Source: a virus
IMG/VR virus record: IMGVR_UViG_3300045988_172415
Direction: 5' to 3' (one strand)
Length of the DNA: 64,000 nucleotides
Positions within the stretch are counted from its first letter, which is position 1. Each line of letters opens with the position of its first letter. The notes under the pieces were generated by a model. That model had not been told where the DNA came from. It did no database searches and was given only the letters and a program-made list of their open reading frames with translations. Made by a program: the position numbers and the translations under genes. Below, in pieces: positions 1 to 9,164 of the stretch.

Positions 1-417
1 AGAAGTTTGACGCGGATTCTCCCCGCTTAACGCCTCATATTGGCTAACATACTTGTCTAGTTGCTTCTTGGTTTCTTCGATTTGCCACAGTAGTTCCTTC
101 TTGCTCAAGTCGAGAATGTGTTCTGCGGCACCTTCGACGGTCTTATGAGTTTTGCGCCATTCGAGATAGTCGGGATACTCGTCACAGTTGAATAGTTCGA
201 CGGTGAATGGCCCAGACCACATTTTCAGCAGCCCAATTCTTTGAGCGTCCTCCGCGATGAAGTCCGTATCCCAATCCTCCCATTCGGGAAGATTATCGAA
301 ATCGGTTGCGTCTAGGATTGTCCGGGCATCGATGATAATGGTTTCGACTTCCATGTAGTTGTCATGTATCCACTGTTCAAGACGGATGGGAATGTTAATG
401 GGAGTGTTCGCGTCCAT
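1..417 (-). CDS. hypothetical protein, 3' end runs off the window edge (starts MDANTPINIPIRLEQW...)
   Basis: Open frame on the minus strand from the ATG at 417 to position 1, with no in-frame stop. It is not in the ORF track because it is truncated by the window edge. Confidence 0.3.
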   Translation of the reverse strand, partial: MDANTPINIPIRLEQWIHDNYMEVETIIIDARTILDATDFDNLPEWEDWDTDFIAEDAQRIGLLKMWSGPFTVELFNCDEYPDYLEWRKTHKTVEGAAEHILDLSKKELLWQIEETKKQLDKYVSQYEALSGENPRQTS

Positions 418-433
418 TTGTACGACCCCTATC

Positions 434-697
434 TCAATTGAAGAATGCCAATGCCCGATGTTCGACATGCATTGACATGTCGTATCTGTCTTCCAGTTCT
501 TCGATGTTTTCCTCGTCGGAAAGTACCGGGTCGTACATGTTACAAGCGCCATCGCCGGATACAACGACCTTGGCGACTGAAATCGCGCGGAGGTCGGCCA
601 ACCAGTATTCATTGTTCGGATTGCCGTCCATGATGGGGCGTTCGCGTACTTCCTTGGGTAGGTTCTTTAATTGTTCGATGAGTTCGTTGACGGTCAT
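434..697 (-). CDS. small hypothetical protein (87 aa, acidic)
   Basis: ORF-track ORF. A conserved promoter/operator motif and an RBS lie directly upstream on the minus strand. Confidence 0.5.
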   Translation of the reverse strand: MTVNELIEQLKNLPKEVRERPIMDGNPNNEYWLADLRAISVAKVVVSGDGACNMYDPVLSDEENIEELEDRYDMSMHVEHRALAFFN

Positions 698-716
698 TTG
701 GTTTTCTCCTTTGGGT

Positions 717-740
717 CTATATGTGTGAACAGTTCCACTG
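717..740 (-). promoter_or_regulatory. copy of the conserved promoter/operator module (minus strand 'TTACAGTGGAACTGTTCACACAT')
   Basis: Reverse-complement match to the ~23-nt motif repeated ~20 times in the window. A -10-like TATAGT/TACAGT is followed by GGAAnTGTTCACA. Confidence 0.5.
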
Positions 741-761
741 TAACTCAGTTTGTTGAATATG

Positions 762-1019
762 TCAATCAGGCCGAACCATTTGGAAAGAAACCGGATACAC
801 GTTCACGCGGGCGCAGTCCTCAAAAAGCCCTTTTTCGATAGCGCGACCAATGAGAGTGGATGCAAGCGTCCTCAACAGTTCCCAACGTTCCCCTGTTCCC
901 GGCAACGCGTCGGCGTGCAGGTAGAGCCGGAGCAGGTCGGCCAGCTCGTGGCAGAGGTCGTCACGGTATACGATACGTTTCGCTCCGTTGTTGAGAGTGA
1001 TGAGGACTTTTTGGTTCAT
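762..1019 (-). CDS. small hypothetical protein (85 aa)
   Basis: ORF preceded on the minus strand by a promoter-motif copy at 1037–1062. Confidence 0.5.
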   Translation of the reverse strand: MNQKVLITLNNGAKRIVYRDDLCHELADLLRLYLHADALPGTGERWELLRTLASTLIGRAIEKGLFEDCARVNVYPVSFQMVRPD

Positions 1020-1036
1020 AGTCTTCCTTCGAATCT

Positions 1037-1062
1037 GTTTTATGTGAACAGTTCCACTATAA
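1037..1062 (-). promoter_or_regulatory. copy of the conserved promoter/operator module ('TTATAGTGGAACTGTTCACATAAAA' on the minus strand)
   Basis: Reverse-complement match to the repeated motif. Confidence 0.5.
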
Positions 1063-1091
1063 CATAGACAGACGCAAAGAAAACCAAATAC

Positions 1092-1376
1092 TCAGCGGGC
1101 CGCGCTCCAAGCCCTCTCCCGCTCATCCTCCAAACGGTCATACTTCCGATTCTCCTCATCGCACACCTTCCGATGCGTGTCGGCGGCAATAACATCTATA
1201 GAACGGTTGAAGGAGTGCAACAGCGCGCTCAAATACTCCAGATGCCGTGCGGGGCCGTACTTGTATTCGTTGCCCACATCATGTAGTTTCTTATCCACAT
1301 ATGCGAGGGAGCCGAGCATGGTGATGATGGACGCCAGCCCGGTCAAAGCCAATAGGTTCTTTAGGAAGCCTTTCAC
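1092..1376 (-). CDS. small membrane protein (N-terminal TM helix)
   Basis: ORF with a hydrophobic N-terminus (LLALTGLASIITMLGSLAYV). Confidence 0.4.
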   Translation of the reverse strand: MKGFLKNLLALTGLASIITMLGSLAYVDKKLHDVGNEYKYGPARHLEYLSALLHSFNRSIDVIAADTHRKVCDEENRKYDRLEDERERAWSAAR

Positions 1377-1491
1377 GTTTCCACCTTTCGAGTCTTTCCT
1401 TTCCTAGATTAGTCGGCTGGAACACTGTCCCATACTTGATGCGGGAAACAAAAAAGGGACGGCATCAAGCCGTCCCCGTCAAGGGAAAAAG

Positions 1492-1782
1492 TCAGATGAC
1501 CACTACCGTGAGAACCGCTACGATGGTCAGGATGACCACAGCCCATCTCATGTTCGGCCTTTCGCAGAATTCTCCCAACGGAGTATACGTGCCGACCAGT
1601 TCCTCGACGGCGGGGATGAGGAACATGAGCAGTAGGATGATGGCTCCAATAGCAATCGCCACAAGCACGTTCTGTTGAGTCAGCCAGCCCAGCATGTCAA
1701 GCCGCCTTGTCGAGCTTGGACAGGAGTTCCGTTCCCGCAGGAAGCAGGGTGAGGGTTCCGGAGGCGATGTCAAGTCGGACAA
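1492..1782 (-). CDS. small integral membrane protein (2 TM)
   Basis: ORF with two hydrophobic segments. Confidence 0.4.
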   Translation of the reverse strand: MSDLTSPPEPSPCFLRERNSCPSSTRRLDMLGWLTQQNVLVAIAIGAIILLLMFLIPAVEELVGTYTPLGEFCERPNMRWAVVILTIVAVLTVVVI

Positions 1783-2140
1783 GCCGGTCGGTCAACAGTT
1801 CGACGGCGGCGTTTTCGAAACCGGTCTTGTATGCGTTGGCCGTTCCCTGTCCGGCTTGGCGGAGCAGCGTTTCGCTGTTGCGCTCGTATAGTCGGATTGG
1901 ACGGTCTGCCTCGCCTTGGGCGAGCGTGGATACGAGGCGCATGCCATCCTTGGTGAGGGACGGGGCTGATTGCCCGTTACGTCGGATGAGTCCGGCATCC
2001 AGCAGTCGTCTGCCGATGTTGCTTTTGAGAATGTCGGCGGTCAACCTTCCATTTTCGATGTTGTAGAGGATTCTGGTCTCACCTTCGCTGATACCGGCCA
2101 TGAGGACACGGAAACGTTGGGTGGAGGATTCTTCGTCCAA
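1697..2140 (-). CDS. hypothetical protein (147 aa)
   Basis: ORF co-oriented with its neighbours. It overlaps the downstream gene by 86 nt, so the start is uncertain. Confidence 0.35.
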   Translation of the reverse strand: MDEESSTQRFRVLMAGISEGETRILYNIENGRLTADILKSNIGRRLLDAGLIRRNGQSAPSLTKDGMRLVSTLAQGEADRPIRLYERNSETLLRQAGQGTANAYKTGFENAAVELLTDRLVRLDIASGTLTLLPAGTELLSKLDKAA

Positions 2141-2177
2141 TGCTGCTCCTTTCAGAGGTTTTGGGGTTTTTCTAAGC

Positions 2178-2495
2178 TCAGAGGATGTTGACGGGAGTGT
2201 CGTTCAGACAGTCCCAGTATTCGAGTAGCGCCACCGGCGATAGTTCTTTGAAGGTTCTGACCACGCCGTCATGCATGGTTTTCGCTTGCCAGTATTCCTC
2301 GCTGGACGATTCGGGATTGTCCATCATTTTGGTGGAGTATTTTTCCATTTCCAACAGGTCGAGTCTGCGTATGAGTGCTACGCCGTTCTCTTCCAGCCCG
2401 ATGTTTTTCGCCACCCAGTCCCGGAGCATCCAGCAATTGTCGGAGAACATGTGGATTCGTCCACTACGAGCGTCCCGTAGCATCTGATAGTTCAC
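2178..2495 (-). CDS. hypothetical protein (105 aa)
   Basis: ORF that overlaps the upstream gene's stop by 4 nt, suggesting translational coupling. Confidence 0.4.
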   Translation of the reverse strand: MNYQMLRDARSGRIHMFSDNCWMLRDWVAKNIGLEENGVALIRRLDLLEMEKYSTKMMDNPESSSEEYWQAKTMHDGVVRTFKELSPVALLEYWDCLNDTPVNIL

Positions 2496-3331
2496 AGTAC
2501 ACCGCCGTCCTCATAGCCGACGGTGTACTTTCCTGCGGTACCGTGCAGTCCGCAGTTAATCTGCAATCCGTCCAAGATGACCATGCGGTGTGGGGAGAGT
2601 TGCACGTCTTCGCGTAGGTTTTCCAAACGCATGCCTGACGTCAGTTTTATTAACGTTTGACGGTAGGCTCCGTCCAGTTGGCTCCAATATTTGAGATGCG
2701 AGTCTTTCAACTGTCGGAATAGAAGGAGAGCATGAACGTATTGGCCTGTCCAATCCACTTCGTGCATGAGCCGTTCCAACCGGTTCAGTTGGATGGTCAC
2801 GTCTTCGGGATTGTTCGCTTGGAACAGTGGCCCGTACTCATCCAATGCCTCACGTAGTTCCTGCTGTCGCATATCCCGGATTGGGGTTCCTCCGAATTGC
2901 GGACTGTTGGCGAGCCATACTGCCAAATCCCATGTTTCAGCCGCGTTCGCGTCGATGTTCGGATACGCGCAGTCACGGAGCGTTGTCCAGCTGGCGCTTA
3001 CCTTGACGAGTCCTCGGATTCCGGACACGAAGTTCAGGATGGACAGGAACAGGAAGATGATTTTCCATCCTCCCGTCAGGGAGTTCGAATATGCGAGAAG
3101 CCATACCGCCACCAGTAGTCCGAGCGCGTACACCACGACCTGTGGGAGGACTCCCCTACGGAAGATGGTCTGCAAGACTGCTTCCCGGTCTCCGTTGGAG
3201 TATAGGCAGTTTTTGTTCACGGTGTTGTTCTGATATTCCAAGTATTCAGGCTTTCGACGCTTTGACGTATTTCTTTTTCTTGAATCGTTCATCGACCCGG
3301 ATGACCCAGCCGGTGTCGCTGGTTCCGGCAA
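2492..3331 (-). CDS. membrane protein (2–3 TM); start uncertain
   Basis: ORF with hydrophobic helices (VVVYALGLLVAVWLLAY, IIFLFLSILNFVSGI). Confidence 0.4.
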   Translation of the reverse strand: MPEPATPAGSSGSMNDSRKRNTSKRRKPEYLEYQNNTVNKNCLYSNGDREAVLQTIFRRGVLPQVVVYALGLLVAVWLLAYSNSLTGGWKIIFLFLSILNFVSGIRGLVKVSASWTTLRDCAYPNIDANAAETWDLAVWLANSPQFGGTPIRDMRQQELREALDEYGPLFQANNPEDVTIQLNRLERLMHEVDWTGQYVHALLLFRQLKDSHLKYWSQLDGAYRQTLIKLTSGMRLENLREDVQLSPHRMVILDGLQINCGLHGTAGKYTVGYEDGGVL

Positions 3332-3578
3332 TCTGGTAGCGGACTCTTCGTTGGATTTTCAGTGGCCGCAGATATTTGTTGAGTCGGAGTTGTCCGACGG
3401 TGGGCGGGTCTCCTAGGATGTGGGGGATTCTTTGTATTCCGTCGTTTGTGTTGAAGTAAAGCAGGATTGGCGTCTCGTCCTTGCAGGAGTCAAGGAACCC
3501 TCCTACGGTGTCAAGGTCTTTGCGCGGACGGGAACGTTCTTGGGTTTGACTGTCCGTGATGTCCGTTTCGGTGTTCAA
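3246..3578 (-). CDS. hypothetical protein (probable TTG start, LNTETDITD...)
   Basis: The promoter-motif copy at 3589–3618 and the RBS 'AAGGAAGG' lie inside the longer track ORF 3246–3635. This implies a downstream TTG start. Confidence 0.3.
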   Translation of the reverse strand: MNTETDITDSQTQERSRPRKDLDTVGGFLDSCKDETPILLYFNTNDGIQRIPHILGDPPTVGQLRLNKYLRPLKIQRRVRYQIAGTSDTGWVIRVDERFKKKKYVKASKA

Positions 3579-3588
3579 AAAGGAACCT

Positions 3589-3618
3589 TCCTTGTTTGTG
3601 ACTGGTTCCACTATAACG
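3589..3618 (-). promoter_or_regulatory. variant copy of the conserved promoter/operator module ('TATAGTGGAACCAGTCACAAACAA' on the minus strand)
   Basis: Reverse-complement match to the repeated motif. Confidence 0.4.
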
Positions 3619-3660
3619 TAGTTTTTCGCAAACAAGGAAGGTTGCAGGAAAAATTCTTTC

Positions 3661-4032
3661 TCAGGCGAGCTTCGAATCGTAATCGTCGATGGGCTGGGTG
3701 AGCGTTTTGCCTTCCCTGACCATTTTTTCTATGTCCTCGTAGTCGTCACAAGCCGCCCACAGTCCGAGGTCAGGGTTGAGATGATACATGGTTCCAGATT
3801 TCACACCTTCGTCAACATAGAGTCCGTGACTGCAAGTGTTGTTGACGTTGGTGGGCTGTGGGTCTTGCTCGTAGTCATCGATGTTCCACGGGTCGCCTTC
3901 GGGCAACAGCACGTAGTCTCCGATGCCGTCGTGAATATCCCGTAGGCGCTGTTCCTGTTCGTCTTGGAGGTCTTGTTCCCTGTCGAGCATGAGGTTGATT
4001 TGATGTTCGATGCTGTTGAAGTAGTTGCTCAT
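3661..4032 (-). CDS. acidic hypothetical protein (123 aa)
   Basis: ORF with an RBS 'AAGGAGAAAAACATG' and a promoter-motif copy immediately upstream. Confidence 0.5.
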   Translation of the reverse strand: MSNYFNSIEHQINLMLDREQDLQDEQEQRLRDIHDGIGDYVLLPEGDPWNIDDYEQDPQPTNVNNTCSHGLYVDEGVKSGTMYHLNPDLGLWAACDDYEDIEKMVREGKTLTQPIDDYDSKLA

Positions 4033-4056
4033 GTTTTTCTCCTTGGCTGGCTTTTT

Positions 4057-4089
4057 CTGTTATTGTGTGAACGCTTCTAGTATAACATC
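4057..4089 (-). promoter_or_regulatory. copy of the conserved promoter/operator module ('TATACTAGAAGCGTTCACACAATAA' on the minus strand)
   Basis: Reverse-complement match to the repeated motif. Confidence 0.5.
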
Positions 4090-4465
4090 ATTCTCTTCTC
4101 AAATCGCCACAATGTCGATTAGAAAAGAAAATGGTTCCGCCACCCAAAAAAAGAATCCACACACGGGTGGCGGAACCCGAAACACACTCCCCGTGAGGAG
4201 CGTTCCACAGAGACCGGGAAAGAAACCAGATGGTGGAAGATATACCACGAAAACCCGGTCTCAACTGTTACAGTAAACGACCTCGAACATTCATCTGGTG
4301 AAAAACCGGAAAAACAGGAAAAATTTTCCCAACAAGGGGTTTAACGGGTGTTTTTCTCTTCTAGATGAACCCTTATCTCTCGCGCAAAAAGACGACCCGC
4401 CGCCCTCATATGGAATCTCTATAACCATAGATTACAGGCGACGGGTCTCATGGAGAAACCGGCTA

Positions 4466-5491
4466 TCAGTTCCCGTCGGCCACGCATTGCGTGAGGAACG
4501 ACTTCGTTTCGGCTTTTTCCCAACTGCTCATGGACAGTTTGTACTTGTCTTTGATGTACACGCGTTTAGCCATATACGAGCATTGGTACGTCTTGTTGGA
4601 CGGGAGCCAAATGCTGGGCGTTGCGTCCTTCCACCTGGTCGAGGAACCGTTCAACGCCTCGTCCTTAACAAGGTTCACGCCCTGCTGTTTGATGTTGTTC
4701 GCTTCTCCTTCGGACGCGACGAGCACTTCCGGGTCGTTCGCATAGGTGATGCGGTCGCCCTTGCGCGAGTCCTTCCACAGTCCGCTGGCCCAAGCGTCGT
4801 TGACAGCCACCACATGGTCGATTTGGACGGCCATGCTGTCTCCGCCTGTTTTCTTCTGTTTGCCGTTGACGGTCTCGTAGGTGTCGCGCTGGAATTTGAT
4901 GGCATTGCCTGTATATGGGTCTTGGAGGGTGCCGGTGAGCACCTTGCAGTTCTTGTCCATGGTCACGTCGGTCATGTCGCGTTTGAGGATGTAGTCGCGG
5001 GTGGTGCCGTATCCGCAGAGCTGGTTGCTGTTCTGCCATGTGCCGAAGTCGGTTTTGCGATTGTACCCTTTGGTGTGCGGGGTTGCGGTTTCGATGTCAG
5101 CGAGTTTGTCAAGCGCCTGTTTCGTGCTGATAGGGCTTAAAGCACCTTCAGGAACGCTTGTGGAGGCTTTTTGTGCTTGACTTGAGGAATTGTCCCCATT
5201 TTGTGTCTGCGTCGTTTCTGAGGGCGTTTCTGCGGCTTCTGGAGTATTGGTTTGCGAATTGGAGCCGGACGACTTCAAGGAAGGCTCCTTCAACCCTAAT
5301 TTCACATCCGGCTTCACCTTGGAATCCTCACCCGGCATCAACTGGGATAGACTGTTGATTTCCGGCAATCCGAAAATCTTCGACATGGGAGTCCACAATC
5401 CAAGATTCACGATGAGCACCATGGCCGTCAACACGACCAGAATGCCGCCAAGCAGGGAACCGGCGGACATTCCGCCTTTCTTCTTAGCCAT
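4466..5491 (-). CDS. membrane-anchored extracellular nuclease-like protein (DUF1524/HNH His-Me finger type)
   Basis: An N-terminal TM anchor (LLGGILVVLTAMVLIVNLGLW) is followed by a Ser/Thr-rich linker. The C-terminal domain carries 'IDHVVAVNDAWASG', the DH..N spacing typical of DUF1524/GmrSD-C HNH nucleases. Confidence 0.4.
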   Translation of the reverse strand: MAKKKGGMSAGSLLGGILVVLTAMVLIVNLGLWTPMSKIFGLPEINSLSQLMPGEDSKVKPDVKLGLKEPSLKSSGSNSQTNTPEAAETPSETTQTQNGDNSSSQAQKASTSVPEGALSPISTKQALDKLADIETATPHTKGYNRKTDFGTWQNSNQLCGYGTTRDYILKRDMTDVTMDKNCKVLTGTLQDPYTGNAIKFQRDTYETVNGKQKKTGGDSMAVQIDHVVAVNDAWASGLWKDSRKGDRITYANDPEVLVASEGEANNIKQQGVNLVKDEALNGSSTRWKDATPSIWLPSNKTYQCSYMAKRVYIKDKYKLSMSSWEKAETKSFLTQCVADGN

Positions 5492-5666
5492 AGGAAACCT
5501 CCAAAAAATCTCATCACAGGTTCAAGATGATGCTGATGACGAGACACACGATGAACGCGATGGCGATAATCGCACCGGTCAACGGGCCATTGCTGTTGAT
5601 GAACTCAGCGAACTTGTCACCCTCACTGGGCTTGTTATGTCCTGTCAATTTAGTTTTCCTTTCGGA

Positions 5667-6947
5667 TTAGTCGTTCGGCCCCTCATTGGGGTCGCCGGTT
5701 ACGGAACCGTCATCGGAATTCTGGGATGAACTACTGCCGTTGTTGTCGGACGAATCCGAATCGGAGGAGTCGGAATCGTCATTGTCGGAACCGTCATCAC
5801 CGGAACCGCTATCGGAATCCGATGAACTGGAATCGGAAGAATCATCATCGTCATCACTGCTGGAAGAGCCAATCAGCGAACGGTCGATGGCATTGCTGAA
5901 CGCCTTCAACGTGGTCAGACTGCCTTCGGCACCCCAGTCAACGATTTTCGCGCTACCACGGGTCGGATTATGGATGAGGACGGTGACGCTCGTCTCCACG
6001 TTGCTCGTTGAACCAGTGTCCGCGTTCGGGTCGTTGGCGGTGCTTGCGTCAACCTTCTTCTCGTAGGGTTTGAACGAGATGCTGACGCTCGCCGCCGCCC
6101 ATTCGGGATTGTCGGACTTGTTCTGCTTGTCAACGGTCTTGCCGTCCTTGGTGCATTGCACAAGCCAGTCGAGGGACGAGTTCAGATACGAACCCAAGCT
6201 TGCTGGCTGGTACATGTGGTCGCTGTTCGGGTCTCCGACAAGTACCGTCAAAGCGTTGGCGTCTTTGCCGATGTACGCTTTAGACCAAGCGCTGACCACG
6301 TTCGTCAGGCTTGTGTTCTGGTCAAGCTGAATGTAACCGTCGGGACGGTACGTGTCCGTATTGCTGTTCGAAGTGACGGTCTTGGGAAGCACGGTCGGCG
6401 TTCCCACCGCAGTAGCCACACCATCGGTGACGGCGACAAGCTGGGTGATATCCCTCGTGCTTCCATCCGACTTATCGGTGAGGGACATCTGATGGCTCCA
6501 ATACTGAGTCGTGGCACCATCGGAATCATCCGACGTGGAAGTGCTGACTTCAGTGGCACCATTCCACCACAAATTCGCATACCCATATTGGAAAGCGCCC
6601 TTGTCATCATCCAGCCAACTGTACACGGCTTGCAATGCGACCTGCTTGCCGGGCTTGTCGCCGCTGATTTCCTTGTACTTCTCCGTCAGGTAGGAACCCA
6701 TTTCGTTCAACGTGTTGATTGCGCGGACGGAAATCATCGGGGCGACCAGACCGGTGCAGATGAACAGGATGATGAGAACCTTCCACTTCTGTGTGTTCTT
6801 CAACGCCTTCTTCCACGCGGTGAGTTCTATCTCGTCCTTGCGTTCTTTTTCATCAGCGAACAGGTCGGTCTCATTGTTCGGGTTCTGCTTCGCCTTCTGC
6901 TGGCCCATCGGCTGTTTGCCGTTCTTGTCTTTCTTGCTTCCGAACAC
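5667..6947 (-). CDS. bitopic membrane protein with a Ser/Asp-rich acidic tail (possible VirB8/TcpC-like conjugation component)
   Basis: Basic N-terminal cytoplasmic segment, a single TM (VLIILFICTGLVAPMI), a large extracytoplasmic domain, and a C-terminal poly-Ser/Asp low-complexity tail. Confidence 0.35.
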   Translation of the reverse strand: MFGSKKDKNGKQPMGQQKAKQNPNNETDLFADEKERKDEIELTAWKKALKNTQKWKVLIILFICTGLVAPMISVRAINTLNEMGSYLTEKYKEISGDKPGKQVALQAVYSWLDDDKGAFQYGYANLWWNGATEVSTSTSDDSDGATTQYWSHQMSLTDKSDGSTRDITQLVAVTDGVATAVGTPTVLPKTVTSNSNTDTYRPDGYIQLDQNTSLTNVVSAWSKAYIGKDANALTVLVGDPNSDHMYQPASLGSYLNSSLDWLVQCTKDGKTVDKQNKSDNPEWAAASVSISFKPYEKKVDASTANDPNADTGSTSNVETSVTVLIHNPTRGSAKIVDWGAEGSLTTLKAFSNAIDRSLIGSSSSDDDDDSSDSSSSDSDSGSGDDGSDNDDSDSSDSDSSDNNGSSSSQNSDDGSVTGDPNEGPND

Positions 6948-7204
6948 AGTTCCGCTCCGAATTCATTTCCGCTTGTCATGCACTGTCTTCAAGTCTACCT
7001 TCCGTCCGAGGTTTCCTATATCGGCTTCGGGGTTTTCTACATGCATCCACCGGCGGTGTCGGCTTCTCTGTTTTTCTTTTTCCGGAACTTTTCTTTTTCT
7101 CTCTTCCCTCGAAAACATTCAGACCTGTCTAAACGTCAACGTTGTTGAAACGAAAAACAGCATTGAGGATAATCGTTGCTCAGGGTTCACCCTGTCTGAA
7201 CGTA

Positions 7205-7325
7205 GAATCAAAAAATGGTTTTATTCTAATTTTTTGATTTTTTGCTTCTTTTTGAAAAACTTGTTTTTTGAAAAAGAAGGGAATACAAGGGATATTAATA
7301 TCTTTTGTAATCTTTTGTATACCTT
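7205..7325. promoter_or_regulatory. AT-rich tract, candidate DNA-unwinding element of the replication origin
   Basis: This is the only strongly AT-rich block in the window ('ttttattctaattttttgattttttgcttctttttgaaaaac...'). It lies directly upstream of the iterons and repA. Confidence 0.45.
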
Positions 7326-7374
7326 TTGCAGGTGTCGAAATCCCTTATGGGAGTAGGCGTTTCGGGTTGAAAGC

Positions 7375-7462
7375 GTGTCGAAAGTGCCCACTTTCCGTGT
7401 CGAAAGTGCCCACTTTCCGTGTCGAAAGTGCCCACTTTCCGTGTCGAAAGTGCCCACTTTTT
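7375..7462 (+). repeat. iterons: four tandem 22-bp direct repeats 'GTGTCGAAAGTGCCCACTTTCC'
   Basis: Four head-to-tail copies. Three are perfect and the fourth diverges at its 3' end. A partial copy 'GTGTCGAAATCCC' sits at 7332. All are upstream of repA. Confidence 0.75.
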
Positions 7463-7700
7463 TGTCTATGTGTGTCAGAAGTTCCAACTTTTGGTTCCGC
7501 TTTCTCACGTTCTGTGGCACTTCCTCATGCCCCGTTCGACCTTTTTCGCAAGCAGTTCGAAGCTACAAAAAGACGGAGGGTAGAAAAGAATCTATAAGGG
7601 GTAGGTAGTGACGTATACTGTTCTGAGAAAAGAAAATCCCCGCACTGTTGGAACCAGCCGGGGAATGGCAACCACCTAACACTGAAGGAGTCGTGGTCAC

Positions 7701-8570
7701 ATGACCAATCATAGCAAAGACCTCTACAAGTCGAATACATACAACTACACGCCGTCGGTTATGTCTAAGCTGAGTTTCCTGCCGCAGTCGAAACCGGAAT
7801 CTCAGTCCATGAGAAAAATTAACGGAAACTCGTCAATCACAGTCTCGGCCTCCACCGGAGAATGGGCATACGGAGCAGCCCCCAGAATGTTCCTCATCCA
7901 CATCCGTTCTCTCATCAAGAACAGTAGCGACTGTGTGGACGCAGAGAATCATACCGTCTACTTGGACGACACCTATCGTTCATTCTGCAAGAGCACTGGA
8001 ATCCACTATTCAGGGTCCAGCAAGGAGACGGTAATGAACATGGTCAGGAATCTAGCGACAACCTCCATCGTCCTTGAAAACTGGTCCACTGGCGGATTCA
8101 CAGCCCACTCTTTCTTCGTTGCCAACATAGTGTCACTCAACTACGACGATGACGGGGCGAAGAAGTCTTACATAAAGTTCTCCCCCGAGATGTGGGCACT
8201 GCTGACGGAGAACTGCGTTCCTCTCAACCCATCCATCGTTCGCCAGCTTCGCAACGATGCCCTCGCGTTGGACGTATACCAGTGGCTCGCGTTCCGTGCC
8301 CATGCCATGCGCCATGAGACGCGCGTGACATGGGAAGCCCTGTTGATGCAGTTCAAGTATGACGGGTATCCGATGCGTGAATTCAGACGCAAGTTCAAGA
8401 GAGCGTTGGAGAAGATTCAGCTCGCATGGCCGGAATTGAAAGTCGAAGTCACGGAAACCGGTGTCATAGTCCGTCCCAGTCTCCCTTCCATCCAGTCGGC
8501 TAACGATGATGCCGACACGGACGCGGGCGTGGCAGACGATGAAGAGCCGATGAACCCGTTCGTATCCTAA
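7701..8570 (+). CDS. repA: plasmid replication initiator protein (theta-type RepA family)
   Basis: 289-aa ORF downstream of the iterons and AT-rich region. Architecture is Rep-like with an acidic C-terminal tail. Promoter TATACT at 7614 and RBS GAAGGAG. Confidence 0.65.
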   Translation: MTNHSKDLYKSNTYNYTPSVMSKLSFLPQSKPESQSMRKINGNSSITVSASTGEWAYGAAPRMFLIHIRSLIKNSSDCVDAENHTVYLDDTYRSFCKSTGIHYSGSSKETVMNMVRNLATTSIVLENWSTGGFTAHSFFVANIVSLNYDDDGAKKSYIKFSPEMWALLTENCVPLNPSIVRQLRNDALALDVYQWLAFRAHAMRHETRVTWEALLMQFKYDGYPMREFRRKFKRALEKIQLAWPELKVEVTETGVIVRPSLPSIQSANDDADTDAGVADDEEPMNPFVS

Positions 8571-8589
8571 CTGTGTTTTAGAGAAACCA

Positions 8590-8624
8590 ATGGGGCGTCC
8601 GCTCTGTTGTGAGTGTCGCCCCAT
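8590..8624. terminator. bidirectional hairpin terminator between the convergent repA and par genes
   Basis: Inverted repeat ATGGGGCG...CGCCCCAT with a 19-nt loop. Confidence 0.45.
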
Positions 8625-8678
8625 CTGGAAGACTTCGGTGAAGTCTTTTTGTTCATCCGAATATTAGTATACCGGAAC

Positions 8679-9134
8679 CTATTCCTTCTGCTCGTACTTG
8701 TCGATGAGCGTCTGGTCGAAGTGTCCCTGCTGGAAGCAGTAGTCCATCGCGGCATTCAACAATACAGCCTGTTTCGTCCCGTATTCGATGCTTTTCAATT
8801 TCCATGCCCGCCAGTTCTCGACGGTGACGTTGCTGCCGATTCTTTTCTCTTTCGGCGGCTGATGCGTTTCGGATGGTGCCGGTGTTTCAGGATGGGTTAT
8901 GTCGGTGATGAGCCGTGCCCGACGGTCGGCTTCTTCCTCCGTGAGCGTTTGGGCGTGCATGTCGGCGGACGTTTGGACTGACTGGTCTGACGGTTCCCGC
9001 GTTTCAGGAACGGCCTGTGTCGGTTCCTGCTCCGTGTTCGGTTCGCTAATGTTTTCCGGTGATTCCAATGGGCGCATGTCACGCTTGTCCTGCATTCCTG
9101 TTGCGAAAGCGTTGCGTTTGATGTTCTTGACCAT
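8679..9134 (-). CDS. small partition/centromere-binding protein candidate (ParB/ParG-like partner of ParA)
   Basis: 151-aa ORF immediately downstream of parA in the same operon. The acidic, Pro/Thr-rich N-terminus and short helical C-terminus are typical of small ParA partners. Confidence 0.35.
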   Translation of the reverse strand: MVKNIKRNAFATGMQDKRDMRPLESPENISEPNTEQEPTQAVPETREPSDQSVQTSADMHAQTLTEEEADRRARLITDITHPETPAPSETHQPPKEKRIGSNVTVENWRAWKLKSIEYGTKQAVLLNAAMDYCFQQGHFDQTLIDKYEQKE

Positions 9135-9164
9135 GATTGCCTACTTACTCCCCTGCTCCTGTTT

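Noticed and set aside
4298-5140. 280-aa plus-strand ORF antisense to the nuclease gene
   Set aside because: It is Arg/Gly/Val-rich, typical of antisense frames in high-GC coding DNA. It lacks an RBS and fully overlaps a better-supported minus-strand gene.
7375-7462. Short tandem direct repeats that could be mistaken for a mini-CRISPR array
   Set aside because: The 22-bp units are contiguous with no spacers. They sit in an AT-rich origin directly upstream of repA, and there are no cas genes. They are iterons.
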